This document shows, in pieces, positions 59,803 through 64,000 of a stretch of 64,000 bases of DNA (within the stretch, counting starts at the first letter, position 1; the number at the start of each line of letters is the position of its first letter). The DNA is from Sedimentisphaerales bacterium (GTDB taxonomy: Bacteria > Planctomycetota > Phycisphaerae > Sedimentisphaerales > Anaerobacaceae): the NCBI GenBank assembly GCA_040772485.1, contig JAXGYC010000008.1, forward strand, positions 192,001 through 256,000, read 5' to 3'. The translations under genes and the position numbers were made by a program. The notes beneath the pieces are model-generated. The model saw only the letters and a list, made by a program, of their open reading frames with translations. It was not told the origin of the DNA and ran no database searches.

Positions 59803-59887
59803 CTGCATCTCTGACCTCGTGGGCTGACCCATTGCGGCCATCGCCGCGACCGGCATTCCATCGCCGCGCCGCCGGGTGGACCGCAGG

Positions 59888-60676
59888 TCACCCCTGTTCT
59901 TTCCTCGTCAGGACTTCACAGCCGCCCCTGACGATCGCAATCGTATGCTCAAAATGCGCCGAACACTTGCCGTCTTTCGTCACCACCGTCCACCCATTCG
60001 CCAACGTCCGGACGTGATAGCTGCCCGCGTTGACCATCGGCTCAACCGCCAGCACCATCCCTTCGGTCAGATAGATGTCGTCGGCGAGCAACTCCTCGCT
60101 GACGAAGTTCGGGACCTTGGGGTCCTCGTGCATCTTCGTTCCGATGCCGTGTCCCACAAAATCCCGGACCACCGAAAACCCGGCGGCCTCGACATATCGC
60201 TGCATCTTCCCGGCGACCTGGCTCCATCGGACTCCCGGCCGGGCTTCGGCAATCGCGACATCCAGCATCCCTTTCGTCGCATCCATCAGCCTTTGCCTGT
60301 CCGGCGAGATCCGGCCGATCGCCACGGTAGTGGCGGAATCCCCGCAGTAGCCGCCGAGTCGGACTCCAAAGTCCACACTCAGGATATCCCCTGCCTGGAG
60401 CACGGTCGTCTCCGAAGGGATCCCGTGGACCACCTCGTCGTTGACCGACGCACAAATCGCCCCAGGAAAGGGTTTCCGCGCCTGCGGGCTGCGCACGCCC
60501 TTGAACAGCGCGTCCGCTCCCGCCCGGGCGGTCATCTCCAGTGCCACGCGGTCCAACTGCGCCGTCGTGACACCCGGCTCTGCGATCTCCTGTAGTTTTG
60601 AAAGAACGTCGGCGACAACCGCACCCGCCCGACGCATCAACTCGATTTCTCTACGGCTCCGAAGCGTTACAGCCAT
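59888..60676 (-). CDS. map: Type I methionine aminopeptidase
   Basis: [27 protein letters not shown] and SAHFEHT. Confidence 0.97.
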   Translation of the reverse strand: MAVTLRSRREIELMRRAGAVVADVLSKLQEIAEPGVTTAQLDRVALEMTARAGADALFKGVRSPQARKPFPGAICASVNDEVVHGIPSETTVLQAGDILSVDFGVRLGGYCGDSATTVAIGRISPDRQRLMDATKGMLDVAIAEARPGVRWSQVAGKMQRYVEAAGFSVVRDFVGHGIGTKMHEDPKVPNFVSEELLADDIYLTEGMVLAVEPMVNAGSYHVRTLANGWTVVTKDGKCSAHFEHTIAIVRGGCEVLTRKEQG

Positions 60677-60734
60677 CGATCCAACTTCACTTCTCGTCTA
60701 TGGGCCAATGCCCCGGCGGGCCCAACCGACCCGC

Positions 60735-61382
60735 CTACTTCAGAGCATCCAACTCTTCAAACAACGTAGCCGCCACGGCGTCGGCTTCTCCGTCGGCCGG
60801 CACGTCGCGCACGTCTCTTCTGGCCTTGTAGTACTCCACGACCGGCTCGGTCTGCTCGTAATAGGTCGCCAGCCGATTCTTCACCACCTCAGCGGTATCG
60901 TCCGGCCGCTGAACCAGCGCCGCCCCATCGTGGTCGCAGACCCCATCGCGCTTCGGCGGCATGTTCTTGACATGGTACACCGCGCCACACCTCGGGCAGC
61001 TCCGCCGACCGGTAATCCGCTCGACCACGACGTTATCGTTGACCTGAAGGTTGATCACGACGTCGATGCCGCTGTTGCCCTTCGCCAAAGCACGATCCAG
61101 GGCTTCGGCCTGCGCGACCGTACGCGGAAAGCCATCCAGAACGTAGCCGCCGGCGCGGGCTGCCTGGATCGCCTTGCTCATCATCTCGACAATCAGATCG
61201 TCGGGAACCAGCGTCCCGGCGTCCATGTAGCTCTGTGCCTTCTTGCCCAGGGCTGTGCCTTCGGCACGCTCTCGTCGCAGGATATCCCCACTGGACAGAT
61301 GAAGCAGCCCATACCGGGCAACGATCCGCTTGCAGTGAGTTCCTTTTCCGGCGCCAGGTGCTCCCAACAGCACAACTCTCAT
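60735..61382 (-). CDS. adk: Adenylate kinase
   Basis: GAPGAGKGT, LDGFPRT, LID CPRC..CDHD and QRPDD. Confidence 0.97.
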   Translation of the reverse strand: MRVVLLGAPGAGKGTHCKRIVARYGLLHLSSGDILRRERAEGTALGKKAQSYMDAGTLVPDDLIVEMMSKAIQAARAGGYVLDGFPRTVAQAEALDRALAKGNSGIDVVINLQVNDNVVVERITGRRSCPRCGAVYHVKNMPPKRDGVCDHDGAALVQRPDDTAEVVKNRLATYYEQTEPVVEYYKARRDVRDVPADGEADAVAATLFEELDALK

Positions 61383-62731
61383 GCGTAAGCTCCCTTGATC
61401 CTGCCCGAAGAACTGAATCCCTCATAACTCCGCATGAGCAGGTTGGCTTCGATCTTCTGGACCAGGTCCAGCGAGACGCTGACGACGATCAGCAGGCCCG
61501 TTCCGCCGATGAACGTCGTGATCGTCCAGTCAATTCCCAGGAAATAGGTCAGCACCGTCGGCACCACGGCAATCGCGGCCAGGAACGCGGCCCCGAAATA
61601 GGTGATTCGCGTCATGACGGTTTCGAGGTATTCCGCCGTGCGTCGTCCCGGCCGAAGCCCGGGGATGAAGCTGCCGGAATCGCGAAGGTTCTTCGCCATC
61701 TCTCTCGGCTGGAACTGCACGGTCACCCAGAAATACGCAAACAGGAAGATCAGCAGCATGTACAGGACGTTGTACGTGTACGCGCTGCCGCTCAACGCCC
61801 CGAGAACCGTTTGCAGGGCCATGGACCTCGGAAACAGGCTCGCCAGTTGCTGGACGATGATCGGCGGGAACATCATGAAGCTGGACGCGAAGATGATGGG
61901 CATCACGCCGCCGTGATTGACCCGCAACGGCAGATAATGTCGCTGGCCGCCATACATGCGCCGGCCGCGCATCTGCTTGGCCTGCTGGATTGGAATCCGC
62001 CTCTGGCCCTGCGTAATCAGGATCGCCCCGGCGACGACAAACACGAACGCCGCCAAGAGGAACAGGATCTTGCCCGGCCCGATCGATCCGGTCGGCGCCC
62101 CAACCGTGAAGTCGACCTGTTTGGCCAGCCTCAGAATAGCCCAAGGCATCTGAGCGATGATACCCGCCATGATGATCAAGCTGATCCCGTTGCCGATCCC
62201 GTACTCGTCGATCTGCTCACCCAGCCACATCAAGAACACGGTCCCCGCGGTCATCCCGACGATGCCCATGATGTAGGCCTGGACCTCCATGCCGGGATAG
62301 GTATACCCACCCAACATCTTCATGTACATCACCGCCTGGACGACGCAGATGAGCACCGTCAGATACCGCGTGTACTCCTGAATCTTCTTATAGCCGGTCT
62401 GGCCCTCCTGGCGCAGTTTCTTCAGTGCGGGAATCACTTCGCCCAACAACATCAGGATAATGGACGCCGTGATGTACGGCATGATCCCCAGCCCAAAAAG
62501 GCTGCTGCGGCTGAGCGTACCGCCGGTGAAGATCTCCAGGTACTCTGCCGCTCGACCGAGGGGGCTGTCGGTGTCCCTGCCCGCATCCAGGGCCGAGGCG
62601 ATCCGGCCCTGGTCGAAACCAGGGTTGGGGATATGGAAGCCCACGCGATAGATAATCAGCAGCGCAACCGTAAACAGGATCTTGTTCCTCAAGTCCCGTA
62701 TCCGAAAGATGTTGACAATCGTTCCGATCAC
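61379..62731 (-). CDS. secY: Preprotein translocase subunit SecY
   Basis: LGIMPYITASII, GIGNGISLII, GVMPIIFASS, IPGLRPG and GGTGLLIVV. Confidence 0.98.
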   Translation of the reverse strand: MIGTIVNIFRIRDLRNKILFTVALLIIYRVGFHIPNPGFDQGRIASALDAGRDTDSPLGRAAEYLEIFTGGTLSRSSLFGLGIMPYITASIILMLLGEVIPALKKLRQEGQTGYKKIQEYTRYLTVLICVVQAVMYMKMLGGYTYPGMEVQAYIMGIVGMTAGTVFLMWLGEQIDEYGIGNGISLIIMAGIIAQMPWAILRLAKQVDFTVGAPTGSIGPGKILFLLAAFVFVVAGAILITQGQRRIPIQQAKQMRGRRMYGGQRHYLPLRVNHGGVMPIIFASSFMMFPPIIVQQLASLFPRSMALQTVLGALSGSAYTYNVLYMLLIFLFAYFWVTVQFQPREMAKNLRDSGSFIPGLRPGRRTAEYLETVMTRITYFGAAFLAAIAVVPTVLTYFLGIDWTITTFIGGTGLLIVVSVSLDLVQKIEANLLMRSYEGFSSSGRIKGAYA

Positions 62732-62789
62732 TTACCTGTTCTCCGCGTTCTGCTTCGGACCCCTTCGCCCGCAAGACGCCAAGCCATCC

Positions 62790-63272
62790 TTACGCCGGCT
62801 TACGTCGGGCACTCTTCGTTTCCTTGCCGCCCACTTTCGTCGCGGTGCCGCCGCACCCGACGATCTTCTGCTCGGCCGCCTTGCTGAACCCGTGTGCGGC
62901 CACCTGCAACCGTTTGGTCAGTTCGCCGTCTCCCAGGATCTTGACGCGACTCTGGAGGCCGTCGACCAGGCCCGCTCGCAGGAGCTGCTCGACCCCAATC
63001 TCGGCGCCGTCGTCAAAACCTTCCAGTTGGGAAACGTTTACGATCTCAAAGCGCCGGGCAAACTGCTTGTTGTTGAACCCGCGTTTCGGCACCCGTCGAA
63101 ACAAAGGCATCTGCCCGCCTTCGAAGAGCGACAGCATGGTCGCCCCCGCGCGGCTGTGGCTGCCTTTGTGTCCGCGTCCGGCGGTCTTGCCGACACCCGA
63201 TCCGCGGCCCCGTCCAACCCGCTTGCGTGCTTTGCGTTTGCCTACGACAGAAGTTATCTCATGACTCAACAT
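62790..63272 (-). CDS. rplO: 50S ribosomal protein L15
   Basis: RVGRGRGSG.GKTAGRGHKG and FEGGQMPLFRRVPKRGF. Confidence 0.98.
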   Translation of the reverse strand: MLSHEITSVVGKRKARKRVGRGRGSGVGKTAGRGHKGSHSRAGATMLSLFEGGQMPLFRRVPKRGFNNKQFARRFEIVNVSQLEGFDDGAEIGVEQLLRAGLVDGLQSRVKILGDGELTKRLQVAAHGFSKAAEQKIVGCGGTATKVGGKETKSARRKPA

Positions 63273-63301
63273 TTAGATCACCCAATTGGTCATCGTGGCC
63301 G

Positions 63302-63805
63302 CTACGAAATGGCGACACCCCGTAACGCTTCAATCGTTTCTTTCTTGCGCAGCCTCAGCAGCCCGTTGAGGGTGGCCTTCACCACATTCTTGGCGGCCGT
63401 GCTTCCATAAACCTTTGTCAGCACATCGGTAACGCCCGCATATTCGAGCACCGCCCGCGCGCTCGAGCCGGCGATCACGCCCGTGCCCGGACTGGCCGGA
63501 ACCAGGACGATCTTCGTCGCCCCGAACCGGCCCGTAATCTGGTGCGGGATCGTTCGACCCACCAAGGGCACGCCGTGCATCGACTTCTTCGCGTCCTTCA
63601 TGCCCTTCTCGACCGCCAGCGGCACTTCGTTGGCTTTGCCGTAGCCGATGCCGACGTTCCCCTTGCGGTCGCCGACCACCACCAAGGCCGCAAAACTGAA
63701 TCGCCGCCCGCCCTTTACCACCTTCGCACACCGGTAGATCTTGACCACCGTATCTTCCAACGGCTTCTCTTCGTGCTCGGCTTTTCTCACTGGTTCAGTT
63801 GCCAA
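63302..63805 (-). CDS. rpsE: 30S ribosomal protein S5
   Basis: KVVKGGRRFSFAALVVVGD and PASPGTGVIAG. Likely TTG start at 63805 after a GGGAG RBS. Confidence 0.95.
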   Translation of the reverse strand: MATEPVRKAEHEEKPLEDTVVKIYRCAKVVKGGRRFSFAALVVVGDRKGNVGIGYGKANEVPLAVEKGMKDAKKSMHGVPLVGRTIPHQITGRFGATKIVLVPASPGTGVIAGSSARAVLEYAGVTDVLTKVYGSTAAKNVVKATLNGLLRLRKKETIEALRGVAIS

Positions 63806-63834
63806 TGTCGTCTCCCAGGTTCCCAGCGCCCTTG

Positions 63835-64000
63835 TCAGAAGGCCAGGCCGGCCTTTCTTGCCGCATCGGCCAAGGACTTCACGCGCCCATGATACTTGTA
63901 ACGGTTGCGATCGAAACACACGCACTTGATGCCCATGTCGAGGGCCTTCTTCGCCAGCGCTTCGCCGACGGTCTCGGCCGCTTTGCGGTTGCCTCCCACG
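63835..64000 (-). CDS. rplR: 50S ribosomal protein L18, C-terminal part (runs off window)
   Basis: Translated by hand: ..[52 protein letters not shown]. Confidence 0.95.
   Translation of the reverse strand, partial: VGGNRKAAETVGEALAKKALDMGIKCVCFDRNRYKYHGRVKSLADAARKAGLAF

Noticed and set aside
63302..63925. N-terminally extended S5 (207 aa), and the 277-aa HIT ORF at 55632-56465, as given in the track
   Set aside because: The extensions overlap rplR and rplQ; internal starts at 63805 and 56045 fit the families better.
1..64000. CRISPR array, rRNA, riboswitch, retron or DGR
   Set aside because: No regularly spaced repeats, rRNA-like sequence, recognisable riboswitch consensus or reverse transcriptase was found by eye. 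A covariance-model search would be needed to exclude small RNAs.

Overview
GC-rich bacterial chromosome segment. The gene content (prepilin-like H-X9-DG proteins, LamG/discoidin secreted proteins, many Tat-exported sugar enzymes) suggests an anaerobic Planctomycetota, probably Phycisphaerae/Sedimentisphaerales-like (inference). It has three parts. (1) 1-8.2 kb: a minus-strand redox operon (Cys-rich protein, NuoE-like, NuoF-GltD fusion, 2Fe-2S protein, FMN-binding glutamate-synthase-family protein) with a consensus sigma-54 promoter, next to an NtrC-family regulator and a histidine kinase. (2) ~8.55-55.48 kb: a ~47 kb candidate genomic island integrated in an initiator tRNA-Met gene. A tyrosine integrase lies beside the tRNA and a damaged copy of the tRNA 3' half lies at 8549-8595. 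The cargo is mostly carbohydrate/amino-sugar catabolism, four prepilin-like proteins and two modular LamG/discoidin proteins. It also holds an unusual 961-aa metallophosphoesterase/membrane protein flanked by IS3-like ends, an intact IS4-family element, and IS256, GT2 and phage-terminase remnants. (3) 55.6-64 kb: core spc/alpha ribosomal operon (rplR to rplQ) followed by a HIT protein. No CRISPR array, rRNA or reverse transcriptase was seen. All family assignments come from motif recognition by eye; no database search was run.
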